DNA of 64,000 nucleotides. Source: Planctomycetota bacterium. Lineage in GTDB: Bacteria; Planctomycetota; PLA2; JAEUHO01. Where the stretch lies: positions 1-64,000 of the forward strand of contig CBDCWP010000041.1 in NCBI GenBank assembly GCA_965223505.1, read 5' to 3'. The notes below the pieces were generated by a model. The model did no database searches. It was not told where the DNA came from and saw only the letters and a list, made by a program, of their open reading frames with translations. Position numbers and translations under genes: made by a program. This document shows, piece after piece, positions 38,346 through 48,239 of this stretch (its first letter is position 1; each line of letters starts with the position of its first letter).

Positions 38346-39463
38346 TTCCGTCCCTTGCGTTCGCGCGCGCGTCGCAGCTCCTCGCGCCATGCGCTCACGT
38401 TGCGGCCGTGCCGCGCACCGGTTCGGTTCGCGAGAAGCGCGACGGCTTCGGTCCAGATTGCGGGCTCACGCGAGTCCACCGCGATCAGCACGAGCTCGTC
38501 GCCGGCCGGGTCTTCGAGGCGAAACAGCGCGGATGCCGCCGCCCAGCGGACTTCCCGCTTTCGATCGTGACGGGCCATGCGCCGCACGCGCGGGATGGCG
38601 CTCCGCAGGCGCGCCTGTTGAACGCCGCCGACGGCGGCGACGCGCACGCGGGCCTCGGCGTCGTTGAGCAAGCCGTGCAGGTGCGCCGGATGGCCGGCGC
38701 GCGCAAAACCCTCGGCGGCGGTGACGGCGACGCGCGCATCGGAGTCGCGCACCAGCTGGTTCAGGACGGGAATGGGATCGGACGCCATGACCGCCACCGC
38801 GCGCGCAAGCGCGCTGCGCGCGAGCCAATGGCGCTTGGCCTGCGTGCGCTGGTAGACGTCGCGAATGCGCTTCAGATCGGCGCCGTGTCCGCACTTGGCC
38901 AGCGCCATGACGGCGGCGGCGCGCAGGCCCCAGCGCGGGTCGTCGGCATCCGTCGCATCGAGCGCACCCAGGGCGGCCTCGCGCGCCTTGGCGCCGCCGC
39001 TCTCCCCCAGCGCGGTGACGGCCGCGGTGCGGATCGCCGCCGGAACGCGCGGGCCCGCGTAGGGAACGAGCATCTCGATGTCCTCAGCGGCCCCGCCGAG
39101 ACGTCCCAGAGCGATGAGCAGCGCGGGCACGACGGTCGGATGGTGTTCCTTCGCGAGGCGCTTGCGCAGGGCGGGCGCGGCGGCGCGCCACTCGATCTTC
39201 ACCAACGCGTTGGCCGCGGCGCGACGGGTGACGTCGTCGGGGTGCTCGAGCGCGCGCGCGAGCGCGGCGCCCGCGACCGCCCTCGCCTTGGGGCGCTTCG
39301 AGCGACCGAGGTAGTTCGCCGCGCTCAGGCGATCGGCGCGGTCGCCGTCCGCGAGCTGCTTCGCGGCGTGACCGGCCGAGGCGAACTCCGCGCCGTTCGC
39401 GGCGGTGGCGAATGCGGCGGCGCACAGCAGGGCGGCGGCGAGCGCGAACGTGCGGACGAACAT
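38342..39463 (-). CDS. secreted HEAT-repeat protein
   Basis: Signal peptide, repeated HEAT units, C-terminal LLANRTGARHGRNVSAW. Confidence 0.78.
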   Translation of the reverse strand: MFVRTFALAAALLCAAAFATAANGAEFASAGHAAKQLADGDRADRLSAANYLGRSKRPKARAVAGAALARALEHPDDVTRRAAANALVKIEWRAAAPALRKRLAKEHHPTVVPALLIALGRLGGAAEDIEMLVPYAGPRVPAAIRTAAVTALGESGGAKAREAALGALDATDADDPRWGLRAAAVMALAKCGHGADLKRIRDVYQRTQAKRHWLARSALARAVAVMASDPIPVLNQLVRDSDARVAVTAAEGFARAGHPAHLHGLLNDAEARVRVAAVGGVQQARLRSAIPRVRRMARHDRKREVRWAAASALFRLEDPAGDELVLIAVDSREPAIWTEAVALLANRTGARHGRNVSAWREELRRARERKGRK

Positions 39464-39658
39464 CGAACGCAGGGTAGCAACGCGGGTGCCCAGCACGTGC
39501 CCCTGAGGCGAGGCGTGGCGTGGGAGCCGGCGATTTCGTCAGATTCGGACGTCGGTCGGCGACGGCGAGGGGCGCCCGTACATCCCGCACTTGCGTTCAC
39601 GGCGTCCCGGTGCAGGCGTGGTGCAGGTGCGCGTTCACGTGCACGTGGCGCATGACCC

Positions 39659-39744
39659 GTAGGGCAGCCCTTGTGGCGGCCCAACCGCGCATGCGTCCGC
39701 GCCTGATCGACGGACGGTTGGGCGACCACGAGGGTCGCCCCTAC
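39659..39744. repeat. GTAG-family REP doublet
   Basis: GTAGGGCAGCCCTTGTGGCGGCCC ... GGGCGACCACGAGGGTCGCCCCTAC; the second arm is nearly identical to 17529-17555. Confidence 0.75.
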
Positions 39745-39783
39745 ATCGCGTTCACCGCGTCCCGGTCCACGTGGCGCCTGAGC

Positions 39784-42057
39784 CTACTTGGCCGGCACGA
39801 TCTCGTAGAACGTGTCGCCGTGCTTGAAGACGACGCGCTCGCCGAGCGCGAAGATCTTCGCGAGCGTGTCGCTCTTCGCGAGCAGCTCGAAGTACTTCTC
39901 GGAGTACGCCTCGATCTTGGTCGTCGGGGTCTTCGCCTTCCACGCCGTGTCGACCCAGCGGCCGTCGTCGCGCATGGTGAACGTCCGACCCGCGACCGCC
40001 TTGATGCGCGCGCGCAGCTCTTCGAGCCCGTCCTTGTCGTCAATCTCCTCTTCGGATGCGTCGTGCTTCAGGCGCTTGAGCTTCGCGGAGTCCTCGGGCG
40101 CCTTCTTCTCGGCCGCCGGCGATGACGCCGCTCCGCCGCCGCCGCTGCCCGGCGCCGCCGCGTTCGGCATCGGAATCCCGGCAGTGGGACCGCCGAAGCC
40201 GTCGCGCGCGCGGCCCGCTCCTCGACGCCCCGGCGCGCGGAAGCGTGCCTCGAGCCGCAGATTCACGTTCTGCATCTCGCTGTCCTCGACGACGAGGCCG
40301 GCGGTGTAGGGCGTGACGATCGCGTGCTTGGTGGCGAGCTTGACGATCGCGTCGACCAGCTCCTGGCTGTGTCCGTGCAGGCGGATCTCGTCGAGCATGA
40401 ACGCGACCTTGCGGTAGGCCCACAAGCGCGGCAGGTAGCCGGCGCCCTCGCCCTTGCGCAGCGTGCCTTCGTACTCGTACACGACCTCCTTGTTGCCGAC
40501 CTTGCCAGTCAGGCGAATGACACGGTCGTCCGCTTCCTTGTAGCGGCCGAACACCACGACCTGGCTGCCGGCGAACAGGTCGGGCAGCTTGCGCGGGTAG
40601 ATGTCGTACGTGCCCGGGCCGAACTCGACCTTCACGTCGCTCAAGACGGGCTGATCCACCTTGTTGAAGAAGCGGCCGGTCACGATCTCGATCGACTCGT
40701 TCTCCATGACGTAGTCGCGGGTGCCGTTCGTCACCTCGGCGAGGCGATCGAGCAGGCGTACGTCGAGGTCGGTGCCGACACCGAACGTGAACACGCGCGC
40801 GTTGCTCGCGTTGGCCTTCTGGATCATCTTCAGCAACGGCTCGGTCTGGCGTTCGCCGATCGTCGGACGACCGTCCGTGAGGAAGACCACCATGAACAGC
40901 CGGTCGTCGCGCTTCATGGCGAGAGCGGTCGTGAGCGCCTCTTCGATGTTGGTGCCACCGCGGGCCTCCAGGGCCTCGATCCACTTCACGGCCGACTTCT
41001 GGGCTTCCTCGGTGGCGGCCAGCAGGTTGTCGCGGAACGGGTAGATGCCCGTCGAGAAGCCGATGATGTTGAAGCGGTCGCCCTTGCGGAGCTTCTGCAC
41101 GCCGTAGGCGAGCGCCTTGCGCGCCTGGTGCATCTTGTCGCCGACCATCGAGCCGCTCGTGTCGACGACGTAGACGACGTCCTTCGGGACGCGCTCGCCT
41201 TCGGGCACCTTGACCCGCGGCGCGAGCACGGCCATGAACGTGCCGTCCTCACCGACGGCCTTGTGGCTCTGGAGCGAGAAGCCGACGGCGTCGGGACTGC
41301 GGCCGACGAACAACAGGAAGTCCTTGTCCTGCTTCTTGCCGCTGCGCTCGTACGTGACGCGCGCCTTGCGGTCGCCGTCGCGCTTGATGTCGACCTTGTG
41401 CGAGGGGCTGTAGATCGCCTTGAGGTCGACGTCGCTCTCGATCTTGACGTCCACGATCGCGTCCTGGACGGCGTCGCTGTTCAAGCGGTCGGTCGCGAGC
41501 GGGTAGCGGAACTCGAGCGTGCCCTCGTTGTCCGGCAGCACCTGCTGGAAGGTGAGGCGAATCGTCAGGTCCTTGTGGGGCATGATCGGGAAGACGCGCG
41601 CGCGGAAGAGGCCGCGGCCCATGTACTCGAGCAGGCCGGGGTCGCGGCGGCGCGAGACGATGCTCTGGTAGATGCGCCGCGCCTGCTCGCGCTCGATGAT
41701 CTCGCCCTCGATCATCTTGCCGAACATCGTCATCGCGAAACGGCTGATGACGGCGCCTTCGGGCAGCGGGAAGAGGTACGTGCCTTCGAGCTGCGCGCCG
41801 CTGTGGTTGTGGAAGGTCTGCTCCACGGTGACCTCGGCGACCTGGCCGTTGAGGGTCGCGCTGACGCGGTGGCCCTTGAGCCGGACGGGCGGCTGCGGAC
41901 GCGGGTGCCAGTGCGGCGGCGGACGGCGCCTGACGGTCGGCGCGGTCGGTTCATCGCCGGTCACGAGGATGCCGTTGGCGTGGGCATCCGGGGCGGCTTG
42001 GACGACGAGAACCGCTAGAAACAGGGCTGCGAGGGAGAAAGAAAGCGCGCGCAACAT
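39784..42057 (-). CDS. secreted VIT + von Willebrand factor A domain protein (inter-alpha-trypsin inhibitor-like)
   Basis: VEQTFHN..LEGTYLFPLP (VIT), VVDTSGSM (MIDAS), GGTNI, FLTDGRPT, RLWA, IVTPYT. Confidence 0.9.
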   Translation of the reverse strand: MLRALSFSLAALFLAVLVVQAAPDAHANGILVTGDEPTAPTVRRRPPPHWHPRPQPPVRLKGHRVSATLNGQVAEVTVEQTFHNHSGAQLEGTYLFPLPEGAVISRFAMTMFGKMIEGEIIEREQARRIYQSIVSRRRDPGLLEYMGRGLFRARVFPIMPHKDLTIRLTFQQVLPDNEGTLEFRYPLATDRLNSDAVQDAIVDVKIESDVDLKAIYSPSHKVDIKRDGDRKARVTYERSGKKQDKDFLLFVGRSPDAVGFSLQSHKAVGEDGTFMAVLAPRVKVPEGERVPKDVVYVVDTSGSMVGDKMHQARKALAYGVQKLRKGDRFNIIGFSTGIYPFRDNLLAATEEAQKSAVKWIEALEARGGTNIEEALTTALAMKRDDRLFMVVFLTDGRPTIGERQTEPLLKMIQKANASNARVFTFGVGTDLDVRLLDRLAEVTNGTRDYVMENESIEIVTGRFFNKVDQPVLSDVKVEFGPGTYDIYPRKLPDLFAGSQVVVFGRYKEADDRVIRLTGKVGNKEVVYEYEGTLRKGEGAGYLPRLWAYRKVAFMLDEIRLHGHSQELVDAIVKLATKHAIVTPYTAGLVVEDSEMQNVNLRLEARFRAPGRRGAGRARDGFGGPTAGIPMPNAAAPGSGGGGAASSPAAEKKAPEDSAKLKRLKHDASEEEIDDKDGLEELRARIKAVAGRTFTMRDDGRWVDTAWKAKTPTTKIEAYSEKYFELLAKSDTLAKIFALGERVVFKHGDTFYEIVPAK

Positions 42058-42208
42058 GGCAGAGATCTCCTGGACATCGCGTTAGACACGAACCGGCCCG
42101 GAAGGTTCGGGGAGAACGGCGACACCCCCCGCAGTCGGCGCAAGGGGTCTAGCGTACCTCCGAACAGCGGGTTCGGGGGGCGGCGCGGGTGGGTCGGGCA
42201 GGACGCCG

Positions 42209-43162
42209 CTACCGCACCGGCCTGCGTTCCGCGGACCAATCCGTGATGTCGCGATAGGCGTAGGGAATCCCGAAACGCTCGTGCAGCTTCGTCACCTGCG
42301 CCTGATAGCGCTCGTGCAGCGCTTCCGGGCCCTCGACCGGATACGGACCGCAGAAGTAGGTCCGGCACCCCAACATGCGCCCCTGGCGCGCCTTGCAGAG
42401 CCGATCCGGCCCCCACGCCGGGCACGCACGTGCGTCCTCGTTCGCACGCGTTTCGTCCGAGTTGCGGAAGAAGTACTCGGCTTCGAGGGTCGTGACGTAC
42501 AGACGGTGTCCGTAGGCGTCGAAGTCGCAGCAGTTGCCGCTCGCCGAGCACGTGAACCGGTAGCGCGGCAGCTCCCGCTCGAGCTGCGCGTACAGGTCCT
42601 CGAGCGCCGCGAACGCCGCGTCCCAGTCGACGCGCTCGCTTGTCTCGGGCGGCGTCGCCGGCTTCGGCCTGCCGTTCTCGTCGAAGCGGGACACGACCGG
42701 CGTCTCGGGAGGACGCGCGTGCTTCTCGAGCAACGGCGCCGGGTCGCCCCCCACCATCCGCTCGATCTCCTCGCGCGAGTAGCGGTCGCCCTGGCCGATG
42801 CCCTCACAGCGCTCGGCTGTTTCGACCCACTCCTTCTCGTAGGCCATGACCTCCTTCCAGAACGGGAAGGTGGTGCAGCGCAGCGGCTTGTCGTCGTAGA
42901 CGGTGCACTTGCCGTTCTCGAGCATGACGCAGTCGCCGCTCGCCTTTTCCTTGAGCGACAGACGACGGCCGACCTTGTGCACGTACTGCTTCTTGAACGC
43001 GCGAACGGACATGCCGCGGGCACGCGCGAGGCCGCGGATCTCCTCGGGCGTCACCCAGACGTTGCCGGGCTCCCCCGTGCAGCACTGGCCGCATGCGGTG
43101 CAACGGAACGTGAGTCCGTTCGCGTACCAGGGCTCGGCTTTCGACTTCTTCTTGCGTGACAC
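42209..43162 (-). CDS. YkgJ-family cysteine cluster protein, two tandem domains
   Basis: WY..GL.F.CTACGQCC...C..L..GKCTVY..KP..C..FPFW; a second unit CSASGNCC...CP...C...R..GCRTYFC. Confidence 0.82.
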   Translation of the reverse strand: MSRKKKSKAEPWYANGLTFRCTACGQCCTGEPGNVWVTPEEIRGLARARGMSVRAFKKQYVHKVGRRLSLKEKASGDCVMLENGKCTVYDDKPLRCTTFPFWKEVMAYEKEWVETAERCEGIGQGDRYSREEIERMVGGDPAPLLEKHARPPETPVVSRFDENGRPKPATPPETSERVDWDAAFAALEDLYAQLERELPRYRFTCSASGNCCDFDAYGHRLYVTTLEAEYFFRNSDETRANEDARACPAWGPDRLCKARQGRMLGCRTYFCGPYPVEGPEALHERYQAQVTKLHERFGIPYAYRDITDWSAERRPVR

Positions 43163-43167
43163 GGGTT

Positions 43168-44661
43168 TCAGCGTCTGCGCCGACGGCGTACGGGCGCATC
43201 GCGCTTGCGGCGCTTGGTCGGCGCAGGCGGCGCGTCACTCGCCGGGGGAGCGACGGGGGGCTCTGCCGGCGGCGATACGGGCGGCGCTACGGGGGGCTTC
43301 GGAGGCGGTGCAACCGGCGGCTTCGGCGGAGGCTGACTGACCGGCGGAGCCACGGGGGGCTTTGCCGGCGGCGCAACCGGCGGCTTCGGCGGCGGTTGAC
43401 CGACCGGAGGGGCCACAGGGGGCTTTGCCGGCGGCGCAACCGGCGGCTTCGGCGGCGGTTGACCGACCGGAGGGGCCACAGGGGGCTTTGCCGGCGGCGC
43501 AACCGGTGCGACCGGAGGTGCGACGGGCGGCGCGACCGGCGGCACCGGAGGCGCGACCGGCGGCTGCGACCCCAGCGGCGCGACGACCGGCGCCTGGACG
43601 GGGTACTCCAGCGGATCCGGACCGAAGTCCACCGGGACGTACTCGGCCGGCACGTACCCGGAGATGTCCTCGCACACCTCGGCAACCGACTCGTAGCGGT
43701 TGTCGCGGTCCTTGGACGTCATCTTCACGATGAAGAAGTGGATTTCCGGCGAGATGCGCCGCGTCTTCACCTTCTGCGTGTCGAGCGACGCCATGATCTG
43801 CTTGGCCATCACCTCGTAGTCGGTCTCGCCGTGGAACGGCACGTCGCCGACTGCCATGTGGTAGAGCGACAGCCCGAGACTGTAGATGTCGGCCCGCGGA
43901 TCGAGATCGGAACGCCCGCGCGCCTGCTCGGGCGACAGGTATTCGACCGTGCCCACGGTCATCGTTTCTTCTTCGGGCTCCGCGGAGTCATCCATCCGCC
44001 GCACCAACCCGAGATCGATCATGCGCACGCGCCCGTCGGGATCGATCATCATGTTGCTCGGCTTCACGTCACGGTGCAGGAAGCCGGACTCGTGCAGGTA
44101 CTCGAGCGCGCGCGCCGTCTGCAGCGTGATGCTCAACGCCTCCTCGTTCTCGAGGTGGCCGCGGCGGTCGATGACCTCGAGCACCGTCATCCCGTCGATC
44201 AAGTCCATCGAGAAGAAGTGGTATCCGGCCTCGTGCCCGCTCTCGTAGCCCAGCACGATGTTCTCGTGCTCGAGCTGGATCAAGAGCTGCGACTCGTGCT
44301 GAAAGCGCTCGAGGAACTCGGGCCGCAGCGCGTGAATGGGGTCCAGCACCTTGATCGCGACCGGCGCGCCGTTGGGCAGATACACGCCGCCGTAGACGGT
44401 CCCGCTGCCCCCCTCGCCCAGCACCTCCTCGATCCGGTAGTTCCCGAACGGCTGGGAGTCGAACAGCGACGGCGCCCGCAACACCTCCAGGCAACCCGGC
44501 GGCAGGTCCTTGCGCGCGTAGAGGATGCGCTCCAGCGTGAACGCCCGCCCTTTGGTACGCAGGTCGTCCTGCTGCTCGAACGCGTGACGCACGGTGTCCT
44601 CGCTCAACACACCGGCGGCGAGCAGCCGCTTTGCCAGGGTCAGATCTTCTTTCGACGCCAC
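43168..44661 (-). CDS. Ser/Thr protein kinase with Pro-rich repetitive C-terminal tail
   Basis: GEGGSGTVY, VAIKVL, HRDVKPSN, DLG, VGTVEYLSPE, DIYSLG. Confidence 0.93.
   Translation of the reverse strand: MASKEDLTLAKRLLAAGVLSEDTVRHAFEQQDDLRTKGRAFTLERILYARKDLPPGCLEVLRAPSLFDSQPFGNYRIEEVLGEGGSGTVYGGVYLPNGAPVAIKVLDPIHALRPEFLERFQHESQLLIQLEHENIVLGYESGHEAGYHFFSMDLIDGMTVLEVIDRRGHLENEEALSITLQTARALEYLHESGFLHRDVKPSNMMIDPDGRVRMIDLGLVRRMDDSAEPEEETMTVGTVEYLSPEQARGRSDLDPRADIYSLGLSLYHMAVGDVPFHGETDYEVMAKQIMASLDTQKVKTRRISPEIHFFIVKMTSKDRDNRYESVAEVCEDISGYVPAEYVPVDFGPDPLEYPVQAPVVAPLGSQPPVAPPVPPVAPPVAPPVAPVAPPAKPPVAPPVGQPPPKPPVAPPAKPPVAPPVGQPPPKPPVAPPAKPPVAPPVSQPPPKPPVAPPPKPPVAPPVSPPAEPPVAPPASDAPPAPTKRRKRDAPVRRRRRR
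43356..43506. repeat. 63-bp tandem repeat (about 2.4 copies) encoding PPAKPPVAPPVGQPPPKPPVA
   Basis: GGGGGCTTTGCCGGCGGCGCAACCGGCGGCTTCGGCGGCGGTTGACCGACCGGAGGGGCCACA repeated, with degenerate flanking copies. Confidence 0.85.
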
Positions 44662-44720
44662 GCTGGGAGTTTCCGAGAGATGCCCGTGGGTTTCCAGTGC
44701 CCGCCCCGCGGCGGCGACGA

Positions 44721-46151
44721 TCAGTCGAGACGGTGGATCGACTCGACGAAGCGCTCGACCGCTGCGCGCCCGTCCTTCCAGGCGGTGAGCGGGCAGGCCA
44801 ACAAGACCACCAGCCGACCGGGGTCACGGTCCACCACGACCGCGACGGTACGCACCTTGTCGCCTCGCAACGTCCCTTCCAGCTCCATGCGCCAGCCGTC
44901 GTCGAGCTCTTCGATCGCCTGGGCGCTCGAGACGACCTTCAGATCTTCGCAGGCCGTACGCAGCCGCTTCAGCAGCCAGGTCTCGCCGTCCTGCATGCCC
45001 GGGGCGATCCGCTGGCCCTCCGGATGCCACTCGAAGCGGGCGTCGGTCGTGATCGCCGCGGCGTTGGCGCGACCGAGCAAGCGCCATCCGGTGTGCAGCG
45101 GCGCAATCGCCTTCGCCTCGTACCTCCACGCCGAATCGGGCAGACGGAAGCCGATGCCCGCCTCGACCAGCTTCACGTCGCTGCGGTTCGGATCGCTCTC
45201 GCGCCTGCTGTTCTCTTCCCGCGCGGCCAACGCCTGCTCTTTGCCGACGGGCTTCGCCAGAATGCCGGGCTCCACGTGCTCCTCGTGCGGACGCGTGTCG
45301 CGGTGGAAGAACGCGATCAGCCGCTCGCCGTCCTGCTCCCAGTGAAACTCGTCGCGCTTCGGCTTGGGGTCCTCGTCCTCGCGCTCGTCGATGCCGACGA
45401 ACCCTGCACGCACGCGCGACAGCTTGGCCTTCTCGCCGTCCACGATGTACGTGTCGACGATCTCGATCTCGCGCTCCCGTCGCAGGAGATGCTCGCGCAG
45501 GCCCAGCCGTCCGCGGGTACCGACCGCGAGCTCGATGTTCTTGCGCTTGCTCTTGCCGCCCTCGCTGATCGTCGCCCGCCAGATACCGTCGGTGACGTCA
45601 CCCGACACCGCGCGCTCGAACCGCCCGGGTCCGCCGGGGATCGCGGAACGCTCGCGGACCTCGCGAAACGCCAGACGACGCGGCATGAAGCGCAGGTCCA
45701 CCGACTCGTGGCGCCAGACCCGCATTGCGGGCACGTGTTTGCCCTGCGCGAAGTAGTTGAGGTTCTCCTCCAACCGGAAGCCGGGCGCGGTCTTGGAGCG
45801 CACGGTCCAGAGCTCCAGATGGCGCGTGCCGACGATGCGTCCCTCCGAGTAGAGCAGAAACCACTCGTCGCGCAGCGGCTCGACGTCCGCGCGTGTCGTC
45901 ACGGCGCCCTCGCCGCGCTTGACGCTCACGACGTCCTCGATGGGCGCGGTGTACTCGAAGAATCCCGTCGCGGAGAAGCTGCGGATCACGACGTGATGAT
46001 CGCTCTCCTCGAGGATCTTGCCGTGGATCTGCTTGCCGCCCTTCAGGACGAGGAGATCGGTATTGCGCTCGTCCTTGGAACGGTCGTTCTCGTCGGCCGA
46101 GACGACGGCACAGCACACGAGCAGCACGCAGAAGATCGAGACATGACGCAT
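44721..46151 (-). CDS. secreted hypothetical protein
   Basis: Signal peptide; N-terminal DLLVLKGGKQIHGKILEE beta-module; long open frame directly downstream of selB. Confidence 0.75.
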   Translation of the reverse strand: MRHVSIFCVLLVCCAVVSADENDRSKDERNTDLLVLKGGKQIHGKILEESDHHVVIRSFSATGFFEYTAPIEDVVSVKRGEGAVTTRADVEPLRDEWFLLYSEGRIVGTRHLELWTVRSKTAPGFRLEENLNYFAQGKHVPAMRVWRHESVDLRFMPRRLAFREVRERSAIPGGPGRFERAVSGDVTDGIWRATISEGGKSKRKNIELAVGTRGRLGLREHLLRREREIEIVDTYIVDGEKAKLSRVRAGFVGIDEREDEDPKPKRDEFHWEQDGERLIAFFHRDTRPHEEHVEPGILAKPVGKEQALAAREENSRRESDPNRSDVKLVEAGIGFRLPDSAWRYEAKAIAPLHTGWRLLGRANAAAITTDARFEWHPEGQRIAPGMQDGETWLLKRLRTACEDLKVVSSAQAIEELDDGWRMELEGTLRGDKVRTVAVVVDRDPGRLVVLLACPLTAWKDGRAAVERFVESIHRLD

Positions 46152-46210
46152 GGCGCCATCCTACTGCGTTCTGGATCGAATCCGTGGATTCCACGGACGA
46201 ACCGGCGTCG

Positions 46211-48142
46211 CTATTTGACGACGCGCTTGTTGCCGACGCGGCGCGAGAACCCGGATTTGTCGAGCGCCTCGAGCAGCGGGATGACCCACTTGCGCGTGGT
46301 GTTCATCACGGTGCGCGCGTCGGCAGGCGTGAATCCGCCCTGCGCCTGCGCGATCTCGGCCAGCTTCGCCTTCTGTGCTTCGAGCCAGCCCGCGTCGAAC
46401 CAGAAGTCCTCGGCCTTGAACACGAGACGGCGTTGGTGCAGGAGACGCAGCGCGCGGTTGAGCTCGGGGCTCGACAGACGCAGCTCCGCCTCCAGAGCGT
46501 CCACGGCGGGCGGCTGCCCGCCGCCGGCGGCAAGCAGCGCCAGGATGCTGTCGCAGCGCGCCTTGTCCTCCGGGGGGAGGTCGGACGAGTGATCCTTGTG
46601 CCGGACGTTGCCGTCCGCAGTCCGCACGAACGTGCCGGCGGCGGTCAAGCGATCGAGAACGGTGTCGAGCACGACGGGCTCCGTACGGCCCGCGGCCGAC
46701 CGCACCGCTGCGAGCGAGAGGGCGTCGACGGCGGCGTCCTTCTCGTGCAGCTTGCGAACCGCGGCTTCGACGCGCCGCGCGACCTTCTCGAACGCCGCGC
46801 CGGTGATCCAGCGGCCCGAGCGCCCCACCGCGACGGCCTCGCCGGACGACACGAGCGCCTCGACGAACGCCGGCAGCGAGCGGGGCTGCAACGCGGTGGC
46901 GGCCGCGATCTCGTCGAGCGTGCAGCCGCGCTCGCCGGAGGCTGTGATGCACGACGTCACGAGCGCCTGCGGATCGTCGAGGTGCTCCGCGAGCGCCATC
47001 AACGCGTCGAGGCGGCCCTGGCGGCGCGGCGGAATGCGCCGGGTCAACAACTCGACGACGACGCCGCCCCCCCACGTCGACGACGCGTTCTCGGCGCGAA
47101 GCACCAGACGGTCACCGGGCGCCGCGACGAACGGCTTGTCCGACTCGAGCTCCACGATCGCGACGCCGCCCTTCTCGATGGGCTTGCGCGACGGCACGTG
47201 GACGCGCACGACGACCTGGTCCGACCCCAGATGCAAGCGCGCGCGATCGCCGTGTTCGATCCGCTTGCGAACGCTCTTCAGGACGCGCAACTTCGCGGCG
47301 ACACGATGGACGGGCTTCAAGACGCCGGCGGTCGCCACGACCATGCCGCGCTTGACCTTGTCGACGTGGATGTCGGTGAGCGCGAGCGCGGCGCGATGTC
47401 CCGCGCGGGCGTCTTCCGACGATCGATGGTGCACCTGGATCCCACGCACGCGGCTCGGCCACACGGCCGGAAGCACATCGACGCGGTCGCCGTCGGCGAT
47501 CTGTCCGGAGATCGGAATGCCGGTGACGATCGCGCCGCGGCCGGGCGCCAGGAACGAACGCAACACCGGCATGCGGAAGATGCGCGCGTCGTCCGCGCGC
47601 TTCACGGACTCGGGAATGGTCGCCGAGATGGCGTCGCGCAACTCCTCGACGCCGTCGCCCGTCTCGGACGAGACGTAGAGGATCGGTGCGCCTTCCATGC
47701 CGGTCGTCGCGAGCAGGTCGCGGACCTCCTCGGCGGCGATGTCGCACATCTCCCTCTCGACGAGGTCCGTCTTGGTGAGCGCGACGACCAGGCGCGTCAC
47801 CCCGAGGACGTCGAGGATCTCGACGTGCTCGCGGGTCTGCGGCATCGGACCGTCGTCCGCCGCGACGACGAGCAGGGCGAGGTCCATCGCCGTGGCGGCC
47901 GCGACCATGGTGCGCACGAGCCGCTCGTGGCCGGGAACGTCCACCAACCCGACCTCGGTGCCGTCCTGGAGGCTGAAGGTCGCGTAGCCGACGTCGATCG
48001 TCATGCCCCGCTCGCGCTCCTCGGGCAGCCGATCGGCGTTCATCCCGGCCGTGAGCCGCTTCACGAGCGCAGTCTTGCCATGGTCGATGTGCCCGGCGGT
48101 CCCGAGGATCACACGGCGTACGGCGGGGGCGGTTGAGGTCAT
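46211..48142 (-). CDS. selB: selenocysteine-specific translation elongation factor SelB
   Basis: [51 protein letters not shown], and a C-terminal winged helix [13 protein letters not shown]...RRVGNKR. Confidence 0.95.
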   Translation of the reverse strand: MTSTAPAVRRVILGTAGHIDHGKTALVKRLTAGMNADRLPEERERGMTIDVGYATFSLQDGTEVGLVDVPGHERLVRTMVAAATAMDLALLVVAADDGPMPQTREHVEILDVLGVTRLVVALTKTDLVEREMCDIAAEEVRDLLATTGMEGAPILYVSSETGDGVEELRDAISATIPESVKRADDARIFRMPVLRSFLAPGRGAIVTGIPISGQIADGDRVDVLPAVWPSRVRGIQVHHRSSEDARAGHRAALALTDIHVDKVKRGMVVATAGVLKPVHRVAAKLRVLKSVRKRIEHGDRARLHLGSDQVVVRVHVPSRKPIEKGGVAIVELESDKPFVAAPGDRLVLRAENASSTWGGGVVVELLTRRIPPRRQGRLDALMALAEHLDDPQALVTSCITASGERGCTLDEIAAATALQPRSLPAFVEALVSSGEAVAVGRSGRWITGAAFEKVARRVEAAVRKLHEKDAAVDALSLAAVRSAAGRTEPVVLDTVLDRLTAAGTFVRTADGNVRHKDHSSDLPPEDKARCDSILALLAAGGGQPPAVDALEAELRLSSPELNRALRLLHQRRLVFKAEDFWFDAGWLEAQKAKLAEIAQAQGGFTPADARTVMNTTRKWVIPLLEALDKSGFSRRVGNKRVVK

Positions 48143-48239
48143 GGAGGTCCGTCGGAGGGCGTGGCTAGGTTGTCGAGGTCGCCGAGGCGGCGGGCAATCC
48201 TACCCGTCCCCCTGCTGTCGTGAAGGAGGGCCCTGCCCA

